Notes: generated by a model not told the origin, from the sequence alone. Positions 53,725-63,363 are shown, counted from the stretch's first letter. The stretch: DNA of 64,000 bases from an uncultured Methylomirabilota bacterium (GCA_963695995.1 CAVOIV010000029.1:70914-134913); one strand, 5' to 3'. Made by a program: numbers and translations.

Positions 53725-55645
53725 GTGAGCGTGCAGCATCGCCTGTTCCGAAAATACGTCGTCATCTTCTTCGGCCTCGTCAGCAGCGTGCTGATCGCCA
53801 GCGGCGCGATGGAGATCTATTTCTCGTATCAGGCCAATAAGGCGACGCTGGTCCGCGTGCAGAGCGAAAAGGCGGAAACCGCGGCGACGCGCATCGAGGA
53901 ATTCATTCACGAAATCGTCACCGCGATCGCGTGGACGGCGCATTCCGCCTACCTGCCGGCCGGCGAGGCCCCGACGGCAGCGATACCTGGACTACTTGTG
54001 GCTCCTCCGCCAGGTGCCCTCCATCACCGAGGCGATGCATCTCGATGCGTCCGGGCGGGAAACGCTGCGGGTCTCGCGCCTGGCCCGCAATGTGGTCGGC
54101 AGCGGGACGGATTATTCGCAGGATCCCCGCTTCCTGGCGGCCCAGGCCGGCGCGATCTATTTCGGTCCGGTCTATTTTCGCAGGGAGTCCGAACCCTACA
54201 TGACCATCGCGCTGCCGCTGAAAGGCCCCGACGCGGGGATCGCGGTCGCCGAGGTGAACCTGAAGCTCTTCTGGGGCGTCATCTCGCAGGTCCAGGTCGG
54301 CGGGGCCGGGTACGCCTACGTCGTGGATTCAGGCGGCATCCTCATCGCGCATCCGGACATCGGCCTCGTCCTGCAGAAGACCGCGCTGGGCGCGCTCCCG
54401 CAGGTGCGCGCGGCCCTCGCCGCCTCGCCGCGCCCCGCGGGCCGAGGAGGCTCCGGGGCGGCGATCGGTGCGGACCTGGGCGGCCGCGAGGTGCTGACCG
54501 CACACGCCGCCGTCTCGCCGGTGGGCTGGCATGTGTTCGTGGAGCAGCCGGTCCGCGAGGCGTTTTCTCCCCTGTACGCGGCCATCCTGCGGACCGGCGT
54601 CTTGCTCCTGGTGGGCCTCGCGCTCTCCACGGTGGCCAGCCTGTTTCTTGCCCGGAGAATGCTCCGCCCGATTCAGGCGCTGCAGCAGGGGGCGGCGCGC
54701 ATCGGGGCGGGATCGCTGGACGAGCGCATCACCTTGCGGACGGGCGACGAGCTGGAAGCCCTGGCAGAGCAATTCAACCAGACGGCCGCCCAGTTGCAGG
54801 AGTCGTATGCGAGCCTGGAGCGCAAGGTCCAGGAACGCACGGCGGACCTCACCGAGGCGCTCCGCGCGTTGCAGGAGAAGACCCAACAGCTCGAAATTGC
54901 CAGTCGTCACAAGTCCATCTTCCTCGCCAACATGTCCCACGAACTCCGCACCCCGATGCACGCCATCATCGGCTGCTCCGAAATCCTCCTGGACCCCTCC
55001 CTGCCCGTCACGGAGCAGGAGCGGCCGCAGTTCCTCCGGGACATTCTCGCCAGCGGCCGGCATCTCCTCGCGCTGATCAACGAGGTCCTCGACCTGTCCC
55101 GGATCGAGGCGGGCCGCCTGGACCTCCGGATCGAGCCGACCGCGGTCCGGGAGGTGCTCGACGCCGTGCACGGGACGATGCGGCCGTTGGCCGCGAAGAA
55201 GCATATCCGGTTGGACCTGGAGTGCGCGGAGGACCTGGGGCTGGTTCCCATGGATGGCGTGCGGGTGCGGCAGGCCCTGCTCAATCTGGTCGGCAATGCC
55301 CTCAAGTTCACCCCCGAGGGGGGGCGCGTGTGGGTGCGGGGCTTCCTGTCCCACCCCGACGGCGGACTCCGGATCGAAGTCGAAGACACGGGCCCGGGCA
55401 TCCCGGCGGAGGAGCACGAGCGCATCTTCGTCGAGTTCCAGCAGGCCCCGGTCGCGCACGCGGCCGGTCGCCCCGAAGGCGCGGGCTTGGGGCTGACCCT
55501 GGCGCGCCGCTTCGTCGAGATGCACGGCGGCCGCCTCTGGGTCGAGAGCGAGGTGGGGCGGGGCAGCACGTTCATCGTCACGCTGCCGGCGGGCACGGCG
55601 GCGAGCACAAGCGATCCGCCGACGCCGTCGCGGGCGTTCGTGTGA
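53725..55645 (+). CDS. membrane sensor histidine kinase (extracytoplasmic Cache-like domain, HAMP, HisKA, HATPase_c), one frameshift
   Basis: GTG 53725, then a TM segment. A frameshift at about 53970 moves into the 53996..55645 frame. HAMP (LRPIQALQQGAARIGAGSLDERI), the H-box FLANMSHELRTPM, and N/G boxes (NLVGNALKFT, DTGPGIP, GAGLGLTLARR) are present. Confidence 0.85.
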
Positions 55646-55689
55646 TCGCCGGGCCTGCCGGGACACTGCAGTGCGTGGCGGCGAGCCCA

Positions 55690-56044
55690 TCCCGTCGCCC
55701 GGCGTCACTCGCCTGTCCACGACCCGGCCCTTGAGGACCGCCCGCGCTTCCGCCAGGGCAGCCCGCCAGTCCCCAGCCGGTGCCGTCAGGGCGGTGGTCG
55801 TCCGGCCCGCGTCGCCCCCCCGCGGCGCCGGCACCTCGCAGCGCCAGCCGGGATGCGCGGGGTCGCTGACCGCGTCCCACCACACGAGGGCGGCGCCCCC
55901 GTCCCTCAGCGGAATCGCATAGGTCGGCGCACTGACCTGGACGGCCACGGCGGTTTGCCCGGCGGCGCCGGCAGCGTGGAGCGCCGCCGCCGCGAGGAGC
56001 GTCCCGCCCACCACCATGCTGCGCCACGTCGTGTGCCGGGTCAT
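55690..56044 (-). CDS. hypothetical secreted protein (3' end undefined)
   Basis: The ATG complement at 56042-44 gives MTRHTTWRSMVVGGTLLAAAALHAAGAAGQ.. (signal-peptide-like). The frame has no stop until 54329 because it runs antisense into the kinase gene, so the true end is unknown. Confidence 0.3.
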
Positions 56045-56305
56045 CGGAGGGCCCTTCCGTTGTCGTCCGCGCTGCGAGGGGCCGTGGGCCGATCACGCGC
56101 CAGCGGCCCTGTGGCGGGATGCGCCCAGGGAATCGTGCCCCTTGTGCCTCTTGTGGTGAACCTTGTCGGCTCAAGCGGTAGACAGAGCATCCGGCGTGCC
56201 GGAGGAGGCTCCGTCGGCGGCCGGTCCGGCATCGCCGGAGAAATCAAGGGTTTCCACCGCCGGGCCCGGGGCGGTCGGCGAGCGTGTCTCCACGCGGCAC
56301 GGCAC

Positions 56306-56330
56306 GAGAGGAGACAGGGTGTCTCTCCTC
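56306..56330. terminator. perfect 11-bp hairpin in an intergenic gap
   Basis: GAGAGGAGACA-GGG-TGTCTCTCCTC, with no clear T run. Confidence 0.35.
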
Positions 56331-56497
56331 TGTTAGCCCCAAGTTCCCCACCAATCTGGGGCAGGAGTCCCGCTGCCGTGGCCACCCAAGTCGCGTAGTT
56401 GCGAACCCGGCCAGCGCTGTGATATGAAGGACCTGGAACGTGGGGCGGAATTCCGCGCGGCCACCGCCGCGGGGTTAATGCTGAAAACGAGAACGAC

Positions 56498-56806
56498 ATG
56501 ACCCTGAGTTCGGAGGAACGCGAACGGCTCAAGCGTGAGGTGGCAGATTGCCTGCGCGCCGAGCCGGAGGTGCGTCGGATCGTGGTGTTCGGATCCTTTG
56601 TGACGAGTCCAGCACCGCACGACCTCGACGTCGCGGTCTATCAGGAAAGTGACGAGGACTACCTTCCCCTGGCCCTTAAGTATCGTCGCCTGCTGCGGAA
56701 GGTGGCGGCCACGATACCGGTGGACGTCCTTCCGCTCCGAGCCCATGCGGCGGTTGGGGAATTCCTGAAAGAAGTGGAGCGGGGTGAGGTCGTCTATGCC
56801 CGGTGA
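56498..56806 (+). CDS. minimal nucleotidyltransferase (MNT-type, antitoxin-like)
   Basis: Intact 102 aa. VVFGSFVTSPAPHDLDVAV matches the G-S ... D-x-D nucleotidyltransferase signature. Confidence 0.7.
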   Translation: MTLSSEERERLKREVADCLRAEPEVRRIVVFGSFVTSPAPHDLDVAVYQESDEDYLPLALKYRRLLRKVAATIPVDVLPLRAHAAVGEFLKEVERGEVVYAR

Positions 56807-56945
56807 GGGCAACCGATGGCTGGCCTATGCGCATTTCCCGCTCGCCTGCTTTCTGCCAGTCGCCCGCTGCCAACTGCCAGCTATTCATCATCCGTCTTTC
56901 CCAATTGCCCAGTTGCCCAATTGCCCATTCTCCCCGATCCCCTGA
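56796..56945 (+). pseudogene. possible remnant of the cognate HEPN-toxin gene, replaced by repeat DNA
   Basis: ATG 56796 overlaps the MNT 3' end by 11 nt, as in MNT-HEPN pairs. Only MPGEGNRWLAYAH looks protein-like. From about 56835 the frame is made of heptamer/octamer repeats. Confidence 0.3.
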
Positions 56946-57000
56946 CGCGGTTCAGCTGCCCGCTGCCTACTGCCTCCTGCCCGCTGCCTGCTGTCTTTTA
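56830..57000. repeat. second pyrimidine-rich short-period repeat field, directly upstream of the tRNA-Leu promoter
   Basis: It holds the third copy of the composite unit, CTGCCAGCTATTCATCATCCGTCTTTCCCAATTGCCCA (56874-56911). It also contains an octamer run (GCCCAATT/GCCCAGTT, 56900-29) and a CTGCCNN heptamer run x5 (56956-93). Confidence 0.8.
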
Positions 57001-57011
57001 CTCCTTTCACC

Positions 57012-57040
57012 TTGACAGTCGGAGAGGGCTGGCTTAAAAA
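57012..57040 (+). promoter_or_regulatory. candidate sigma70 promoter of tRNA-Leu
   Basis: TTGACA (57012-17), 17-nt spacer, TAAAAA (57035-40), 15 nt upstream of the tRNA 5' end. Confidence 0.5.
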
Positions 57041-57055
57041 GAGAACGCACGAAAC

Positions 57056-57139
57056 GCCGGGGTGGTGAAACTGGTAGACGCACGGGACTCAAAATCCCGC
57101 GGGCTTCGGCTCATGAGGGTTCGATTCCCTCCCCCGGCA
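57056..57139 (+). tRNA. tRNA-Leu (anticodon CAA), CCA not encoded
   Basis: An 84-nt class II tRNA: acceptor GCCGGGG/CCCCGGC, anticodon loop CTCAAAA, long variable arm, T-loop TTCGATT, discriminator A. It closely parallels the E. coli tRNA-Leu(CAA) layout. Confidence 0.9.
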
Positions 57140-57328
57140 CCCCAATGGGACAGTGGTTTCGTCCAATCCAAGCAGTCCTTCCGGCCTCGCTTCAGCGTCA
57201 ACGTCTCATCCATGGCCACCACAATGCGTCCCACGGTCGCCTGGATCGCTTCTCGCACCCGTCCGGGTTTCCTCTGCTGCGGAATCCGTCGATCAGCCTC
57301 TGCAGGCGGTGGTGGAGGGCCACAGGGG

Positions 57329-57900
57329 TCAGTTGTAGGACGGCCGGGGTTGTGTTGCCTCCAGCCGGGTGAGGTCGGCCTGCAGCGTGGTGTGGCGGCG
57401 CTCCGCTGCGGCCAACGCGGCTTCGAGCGACGTGAAGTCGCCTCGCCCGATCGCCCGCGTGTAGTTCGCGATCTCCCGCTCCACCGCCGTGAGCGCCTTC
57501 TTGATCTCCTTGAGCTGGGGGCGGGCCTGCGCCGCCTGGGAGCGGAACCGGGCGTTCAGGATGGTGACCAGCCGCTCCAAGTCTTGGGGGGTCAGCACCA
57601 TCCCCAACAGGACCTCGAGGAAATCCTGCTCGATGCGGGCCTGGGGGAGGTGGGTTCGGTTCGCACACACGGCAGCCCCGCGGTTGGTGTGCCGCCCGCA
57701 GGCGTAGTGACGGGACGGGCCCGCCTTGGTCTTGTACCCGCCTCGGATGACGAAGTGCCCCTCGCATTCTGCGCAGTGGATGATCCCACTCAACAGGTAC
57801 CGCGAGTGCACCAGTTGCGCCTGGGCCATCCCGTGGTGTCGAGAGATTTCGGCGATCTGTCTATCGACCAACCAGCACGCTATGAGCTCGGTTCTCCATA
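57329..57900 (-). pseudogene. C-terminal remnant of a large serine recombinase (zinc-ribbon + coiled-coil region only)
   Basis: ..YLLSGIIHCAECEGHFVIRGG..HYACGRHTNRGAAVCAN.. is the recombinase zinc beta-ribbon pattern and is followed by a coiled coil. The N-terminal resolvase catalytic domain is absent. The remnant may extend to about 57150 in another frame, abutting the tRNA. Confidence 0.55.
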
Positions 57901-57919
57901 AGCGGGAAAGGAGGCTCTC

Positions 57920-58189
57920 ATGTTGCGGCTCCTTGCGTGTTTCGCCGGAACGGTCATCCTTGTCCTGGCGCTGGCCTGGCCCCCCAGTCCGGCCCGCGCG
58001 GCGTTCCCCGAGCGGGACATCACCGTGGTCGTGCCCTGGGCCGCGGGCGGCGGCACCGATACCCTGGCCCGGACCCTCGCGAAGAACGGCAAGAAGTATT
58101 TTGGCGTCAACCTGAACGTCGTGAACTTCAGCCTCCATCCAGGCGGTTTGACGAGCCGGCAGCGATTGAGAATCGCCAACGCAGGATGA
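57920..58189 (+). pseudogene. N-terminal fragment of a Bug/TctC-family binding protein
   Basis: A signal peptide is followed by FPERDITVVVPWAAGGGTDTLARTLAKNG... The sequence then degenerates after about 70 aa, whereas full-length family members are about 320 aa. Confidence 0.55.
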
Positions 58190-58289
58190 TGTCGCAAACC
58201 CGAGCCTTGCTTGGAATATGGTTGCGATGCGGCGAGACCTTGGAGGAAAATCCTTCCCGCATTCCACGCACCAGGAGAGGCACGTATTG

Positions 58290-61200
58290 ATGTTACGAAT
58301 CAGCCGAAACAGGCGAAAAGGATTCTGGCTCGCTCTGTTCGTCCTTGTCCTTTTCGTCTGCGGTCCTTCCCGCGCTCTGGCCCAGGTGCAGCTGCAAGGC
58401 GCGTCAGCCGAAAAGAGCATGCTATTCCTGTACGCCTTTGAAGCCCATCTGCCAGTATTCGAGAAGACCAACCAAGGGATCTTGGCGGCTCTCGAAACCG
58501 GCGGCGTAAGCATCCGGAGCGTGTTCTTCGAATATCTGGACCTGGCGCGCAATACAGGCCCAGAACACAGGCAGCGTCTAGCCGAATTAATGCGGCAACG
58601 CTATAGCCAGCGCAAGATCGACATGATCGTCACCCTCTACCCGGAGGCCCTGCGATTCGTCATCAACGAGGGTCGAGCCATCTCTCCCGCTGCCCCGATC
58701 TTGGCCCTTTACCTGCCACAGGGCTTTCAACTTCCGAAGAGGCAGCATCCGATCGTTGCACACAGCGCCCATGACTCGTACGATTTGGTTGGTACGCTGG
58801 AAGCCGCGCTGAAACTCGTTCCCGGCGTAAAGCACGTCTATGTGGTGTGCGGGGCCCACGAAAACGACAGGGCGTTGGAGAAACGGATTCGACGGGACCT
58901 CAAACTATGGGAAGATCATCTGGAATTTCGGTACCTGAGCGACATGCCTTTGGAGACGATTCTGGCCACGGTGTCCAGCACGCCGCCCGAGACTATTGTC
59001 TTCTTTGGTACGTTCAGTGCTGACGTGAGTGGCAGGAATTATACGTCTAGAGAGGTAGTTCAACAGCTGAGTCGGATCTCCAACGTCCCGGTTTTTGGGT
59101 TGCACGATGTCCTCCTCGGGTACGGTATCGTTGGCGGATCGCTGCTCAGCTTCGAGCGGACGGGCGCTGAAGCAGGCAAAATGATCTTGAGTGGCCTTCA
59201 GACTACGCAAGGCTCCATGAATCCCGTCTCCTTGGCCGTACCCGCTGTCCCCATGTTCGACTGGCGACAGCTCAGACGCTGGAACTTGAGTATGGACGCA
59301 CTGCCATCGGGGAGCGTGGTCATCAACCGGGAGTACACGCTCTGGGAGCGGTACCGCACGGCGGTGCTCGCTGCCCTGTTTGCGCTCGTGGTGCAGGCGC
59401 TGCTGATCGTGGGCCTGGTGGTGAACCGGGCGCAGCGCCAGGAGGCCGAACGGCAACTCGCGGAGCAACTTCGGCTCGAGACCCTCCTCGCCGAGCTGTC
59501 GGCCCGGTTTGTCCACCTGCCCGCCAGCCAGATCGAGAGCGAAATCCAGGACGCGCAGCGCCACATTTGCGCGGGGCTCGCCCTCGAGCGCTCCACGCTC
59601 TGGCAAGTGCCGTCGGACGCGCCCGGGACGTTGCGGCTCACGCACGTGCACGCGCCGCTAGAAACCGCGCCACTCCTCCCTGGGATCGACGCGAGCGACC
59701 TCTTCCCCTGGGCGACCCAACAGCTGCTGCGCGGGGAGTCGCTCACCCTCTCGACGCTGGCGGCCCTCCCGCCCGAGGCCGCCCGGGACCGAGCGACCTT
59801 CCAGCGGTACGGGACGAAGTCCACCGTGGTCCTGCCGCTCTTCGCCGACGGCGCCGTCGTGGGTGCGCTGTCCTTCGCGACGATACGCGCCGAACGGGCG
59901 TGGCACGACGACGTCGTGAACGGCTTCCGCATGGTCGCAGAAATGATGGCTAATGCGATCGTGCGGGGTCGTGCGGATCAGGCGCTGCGGGATAGCGAGG
60001 CGCGCCTGACCCTGGCGGCGGCCAGCGCGGACGCGCGCCTGTGGGAGGTGGAGGCTGACACCGAGCGCGTGTGGCTGATGGAGCCGGGCCGGGCGTTCTT
60101 TGGTGTTGCGCCGGATGAGACGCCCACGCTCGACCGGCTGACCGAGTTCATCCACCCCGACGATCGCGAGGCGTGGCGTAGCAGCATCCGGCAGGCGCTG
60201 GCAGACGGCGAGGCTCTGCGCGCCGAATTCCGCGTCGTGCGTCCGGACGGCAGCGTGCGGTGGTTCATTGCGCAAGGGCGGCTCCAGGGCGGCGGGGCCG
60301 GGAGACCGAGCCGCGTGCTGGGTGTCACGATCGACATCACGGAGCGCAAGCACGCGGAGGACGTACTGCGGGAAAGCGAAGCGCGGTTCCGGAACATGGC
60401 GGACACGGCTCCGGTGCTGGTGTGGATGTCCGGCGTGGACAAACTCTGCACGTATTTCAACCGCCAGTGGCTGGACTTCACCGGCCGCACGCTGGCGCAG
60501 GAGGTGGGCAACGGCTGGACCGAGGGGGTGCACCCGGAGGATCGCGAGCGCTGTCTTGAGGCCTATGCGACAGCTTTCGACGCCCGGCAAGCCTTCGACA
60601 TGGAATACCGCCTCCGCCGGGCCGACGGCGAATACCGATGGCTCGCTGACCGGGGGGTACCCCGCATCTCTCCGGCGGGGGAGTTCCTTGGTTACATCGG
60701 ATCGTGTATCGACATCACGGGGCGCAAGCACACGGAGGAGCGCCTGCGCACGAGCCGCGACCAGTTGCGGGCCCTTGCGGCGGAGCTGACCCGCGCCGAA
60801 CAGCGGGAGCGCCGCCGACTGGCCGAGTTCCTCCACGACGGCCTGCAGCAGATTCTGGTGGCAGCCCGCCTCCGGGCGACCATGCTGGGCCAGTCGCGCG
60901 ACCCGCAGGTCCAGCACGAGAGCGAGGAGGTCGTGGCGCTCCTCCAGGAGGCCGTCACCCAGGCCCGGACCCTGACGGGAGAGCTCAGCCCGCCCACGCT
61001 CCGCCGGGGCGGCCTCCCGCCGGCCCTGGCGTGGTTGAGCGGCTGGATGAAAGAGAAGCACCGGCTCACGATGCGGCTGCATACCCCCGCGACTCCGCTC
61101 CCCACCCTCCCGGAGGACCTGGCCGGGCTGCTCTACCAGGCTGTCCGGGAGCTCCTGTTCAATGTGGTGAAGCACGCCCAGACGCCGGCTGCCGACGTGA

Positions 61201-61838
61201 CGCTCGCACAGGTCGGAGCCACCATGCAAGTCACGGTCGCCGATGCGGGGATCGGGTTCGACCCGAGCCGGCTCCGCCTGAGAGGCTTTGGCCTCCTCAG
61301 TATCCGCGAGCGCCTCGAACTGCTCGGCGGCCGCTTGGACATCGCGAGCACCCCAGGTCAGGGGAGCCAATTTACCCTCTGGGTGCCCCTCCAGTCTGCG
61401 GGCCGAGAGTTCCCGGATTCGACCGCCGCTTCAGTCCCCCCGTCGCCAGCCCCTCGGGTCGCGCCGCCTGCCGCGAGGCGCAAGCTGCGGATCCTCCTGG
61501 TGGACGATCACGCGATGGTGCGGAAGGGGTTCACCCGGCTATTGAGCTTCGAGCCCGACCTCGAGGTTGTCGGGGAAGCGGCCGATGGCCAGGCCGCCGT
61601 GGAGCTTGCTTATCAGCTGCAGCCGGATGTGGTCACGATCGATGTGAACCTGCCCGTGCTGGACGGCATCGAGGCCACCAGACAGATCCGCGCCCAGTGC
61701 CCCGCCGTCCGCGTGATCGGGCTCTCCCTGTTCGACAGAACTGAGCAGGCCCGGGCCATGCTGGAGGCGGGAGCGGCAGCGTGCGTGACGAAGGGTGGCC
61801 CCGTTGAGGAGCTGCTGACGGCCATTCGCGGGGAGTAA
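58290..61838 (+). CDS. hybrid sensor kinase: periplasmic ABC_sub_bind-like domain, TM, GAF-like, 2 PAS, HisKA_3, HATPase_c, receiver
   Basis: Intact 1182 aa from ATG 58290 after AGGAGAGG. It has a signal/TM segment, a ~330-aa binding-protein-like domain and a second TM (VLAALFALVVQALLIVGLVV). A GAF-like region is followed by PAS modules (DITERKHAEDVLRESEARFRNMAD..; DITGRKHTEERLR). ERRRLAEFLHDGLQQ, the ATPase domain and a C-terminal receiver complete it. No frame disruptions. Confidence 0.85.
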   Translation: MLRISRNRRKGFWLALFVLVLFVCGPSRALAQVQLQGASAEKSMLFLYAFEAHLPVFEKTNQGILAALETGGVSIRSVFFEYLDLARNTGPEHRQRLAELMRQRYSQRKIDMIVTLYPEALRFVINEGRAISPAAPILALYLPQGFQLPKRQHPIVAHSAHDSYDLVGTLEAALKLVPGVKHVYVVCGAHENDRALEKRIRRDLKLWEDHLEFRYLSDMPLETILATVSSTPPETIVFFGTFSADVSGRNYTSREVVQQLSRISNVPVFGLHDVLLGYGIVGGSLLSFERTGAEAGKMILSGLQTTQGSMNPVSLAVPAVPMFDWRQLRRWNLSMDALPSGSVVINREYTLWERYRTAVLAALFALVVQALLIVGLVVNRAQRQEAERQLAEQLRLETLLAELSARFVHLPASQIESEIQDAQRHICAGLALERSTLWQVPSDAPGTLRLTHVHAPLETAPLLPGIDASDLFPWATQQLLRGESLTLSTLAALPPEAARDRATFQRYGTKSTVVLPLFADGAVVGALSFATIRAERAWHDDVVNGFRMVAEMMANAIVRGRADQALRDSEARLTLAAASADARLWEVEADTERVWLMEPGRAFFGVAPDETPTLDRLTEFIHPDDREAWRSSIRQALADGEALRAEFRVVRPDGSVRWFIAQGRLQGGGAGRPSRVLGVTIDITERKHAEDVLRESEARFRNMADTAPVLVWMSGVDKLCTYFNRQWLDFTGRTLAQEVGNGWTEGVHPEDRERCLEAYATAFDARQAFDMEYRLRRADGEYRWLADRGVPRISPAGEFLGYIGSCIDITGRKHTEERLRTSRDQLRALAAELTRAEQRERRRLAEFLHDGLQQILVAARLRATMLGQSRDPQVQHESEEVVALLQEAVTQARTLTGELSPPTLRRGGLPPALAWLSGWMKEKHRLTMRLHTPATPLPTLPEDLAGLLYQAVRELLFNVVKHAQTPAADVTLAQVGATMQVTVADAGIGFDPSRLRLRGFGLLSIRERLELLGGRLDIASTPGQGSQFTLWVPLQSAGREFPDSTAASVPPSPAPRVAPPAARRKLRILLVDDHAMVRKGFTRLLSFEPDLEVVGEAADGQAAVELAYQLQPDVVTIDVNLPVLDGIEATRQIRAQCPAVRVIGLSLFDRTEQARAMLEAGAAACVTKGGPVEELLTAIRGE

Positions 61839-62111
61839 TCGTCCAGTGCGGATGGGTTCAGCCCAACGCCCGCCCACTGCCACGCGGCCCTATCGGAAAG
61901 CCAATATGGCTGATCTCTCCCGCGGGGTCGCTCCTCCCGCGGAGGCGGAGGGTTCGCAACTGCGAGCCCCTCGACGGTCGTCGTCGCACCTTTTTGGGGG
62001 CGACGTTTGTCTTCGTTCGTCCATTAGCCATCTCGGAATCGCCTAACCCCATGCGGCTAAAGTGATTCTCCAAAACCGGCCGCTGGGGGAAGTGATCCAC
62101 TGTTCCTTTTT

Positions 62112-62132
62112 GGGTCCGTTCCCCCGGCACCC
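62112..62132 (+). repeat. degenerate direct repeat of the tRNA-Leu 3' end (att-like)
   Basis: GGGTCCGTTCCCCCGGCACCC compares with the tRNA 3' end GGGTTCGATTCCCTCCCCCGGCACCC (57117-57142). Twelve nt are identical (CCCCCGGCACCC), and there is flanking similarity. Confidence 0.5.
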
Positions 62133-62162
62133 TTCGGAACGTCAGGATCTCCGAAACCGAGG

Positions 62163-62618
62163 ATGGGGAAAGACCGGAGCCGATCCGCCAAAAGAAAGCC
62201 CCTGGAGGCCGTGAGGAAGCCATCCAGGGGCTATGTGAGGGCTGGCTTCGCTCGACTTGTGGCGCTCCATCCCGGCGACTATGATCCCGCACCGCTCACG
62301 CTCTTGTCTTGCGAGAAGCTGGAGGACCTCGTGCATGGTGGCCCGCCGACGAGTTCCGACCGTGAACGCGAGAAGATCCCGGGAATCGTCAGATCTGTTG
62401 TGGCTGCGCTCCAATGTGGCGATGGTGTCGTGGTCCATTGCGTCGGAGGGCGGGGGAGGACCGGCACGGTGCTCGGATGTGTTTTGCGCGACCTCGGATA
62501 TGGCTCTCGGGAAGTCGTCGAGTTCTTGGATCGGGTACACAAGGCACGCGGCAAGGCGGGGTGGCCAGAGTCTCCTTGGCAAGGCCAACTCGTCCGGGGT
62601 TGGCCTTCTGATGTCTAA
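62163..62618 (+). CDS. Cys-X5-Arg protein tyrosine / dual-specificity phosphatase-like protein
   Basis: 151 aa. VHCVGGRGRTGTV is the HCxxGxxR(S/T)G P-loop. The region is lower in GC. Confidence 0.6.
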   Translation: MGKDRSRSAKRKPLEAVRKPSRGYVRAGFARLVALHPGDYDPAPLTLLSCEKLEDLVHGGPPTSSDREREKIPGIVRSVVAALQCGDGVVVHCVGGRGRTGTVLGCVLRDLGYGSREVVEFLDRVHKARGKAGWPESPWQGQLVRGWPSDV

Positions 62619-62727
62619 CGTGACTGCACATGACGGTCTCGCGGTATCGAAAGCCTGCAGGCGAGAGGGGATGCGTTGTCTCCCCTCCGGAAATCCTAGC
62701 CTGCGGCGATCACGCGCCCAGATGCTG

Positions 62728-63363
62728 CTAAGAGACCTCCTCGGCTTCCAGGGTGCTCGGGGGACGGAGCCGGAGGGCTGGCCTCTCCGGCTCTTTCGAT
62801 TGCCCGTGACGCGCCGCGATAGATGCGACGACCCGGGCGAGTTCATCCTCCGGGAAGGGCGGGTCGCACCGTTCGCGTGCCCAGAGCGTGAGGATTGCGC
62901 GAACATCCGCCTCACGTATGCCGATGCGGAAGAGACGCCCGGCCAGCCGTGTGGCTGTGTCGTTCCGCACGCCTTCGTCGGCGGTCCCGAGCAACGCCGC
63001 CGGGAACCAATCCGACTCCGGAGTTCGCGTGTCGTGGGATCCGACGCGTCTTTGCCCCCACACCCACGCGGGCGCGGGCGGGAGCCTCGATAGGTCGAGA
63101 CCGCCAGCCGCGATGTACCCCGGAGTCGGTGGGGCTACGATGAGTCCGCCGTCTCCTCGGACGTCAACCCCCGGGCGAACCCCGCTCCGGTTCGGAACGG
63201 GCTCGCCGGGATGCTTCAGATACAGATGAACGCCCCCGCGCGGTGTCTGGACCCGCCACGCCCCAGCCGGAATCTCCAGCCCGTTCTCGCTTCCGCCGTG
63301 CCGGGGGTCCACGTCCACCACGACGACGCCCGACAGGGCGCCGGTGACGAGGCCTTGACGGTG
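62728..63363 (-). CDS. Prim-Pol-type DNA primase/polymerase with PriCT-like C-terminal domain (N-terminus uncertain)
   Basis: ..GLVTGALSGVVVVDVDPRHGG..TPRGGVHLY..PGVDVRGDGGLIVAPPT.. matches the bifunctional primase/polymerase N-terminal domain. ..RNDTATRLAGRLF..EADVRAILTLW.. is PriCT-like. The sequence upstream of about 63363 does not continue cleanly in frame. Confidence 0.6.
   Translation of the reverse strand, partial: HRQGLVTGALSGVVVVDVDPRHGGSENGLEIPAGAWRVQTPRGGVHLYLKHPGEPVPNRSGVRPGVDVRGDGGLIVAPPTPGYIAAGGLDLSRLPPAPAWVWGQRRVGSHDTRTPESDWFPAALLGTADEGVRNDTATRLAGRLFRIGIREADVRAILTLWARERCDPPFPEDELARVVASIAARHGQSKEPERPALRLRPPSTLEAEEVS

Noticed and set aside
57140-57330. An intact integrase next to tRNA-Leu.
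   Set aside because: Only the zinc-ribbon and coiled-coil C-terminal part of a serine recombinase is recognisable, and the catalytic N-terminal domain is missing. I therefore call it a remnant, not an active mobile element.
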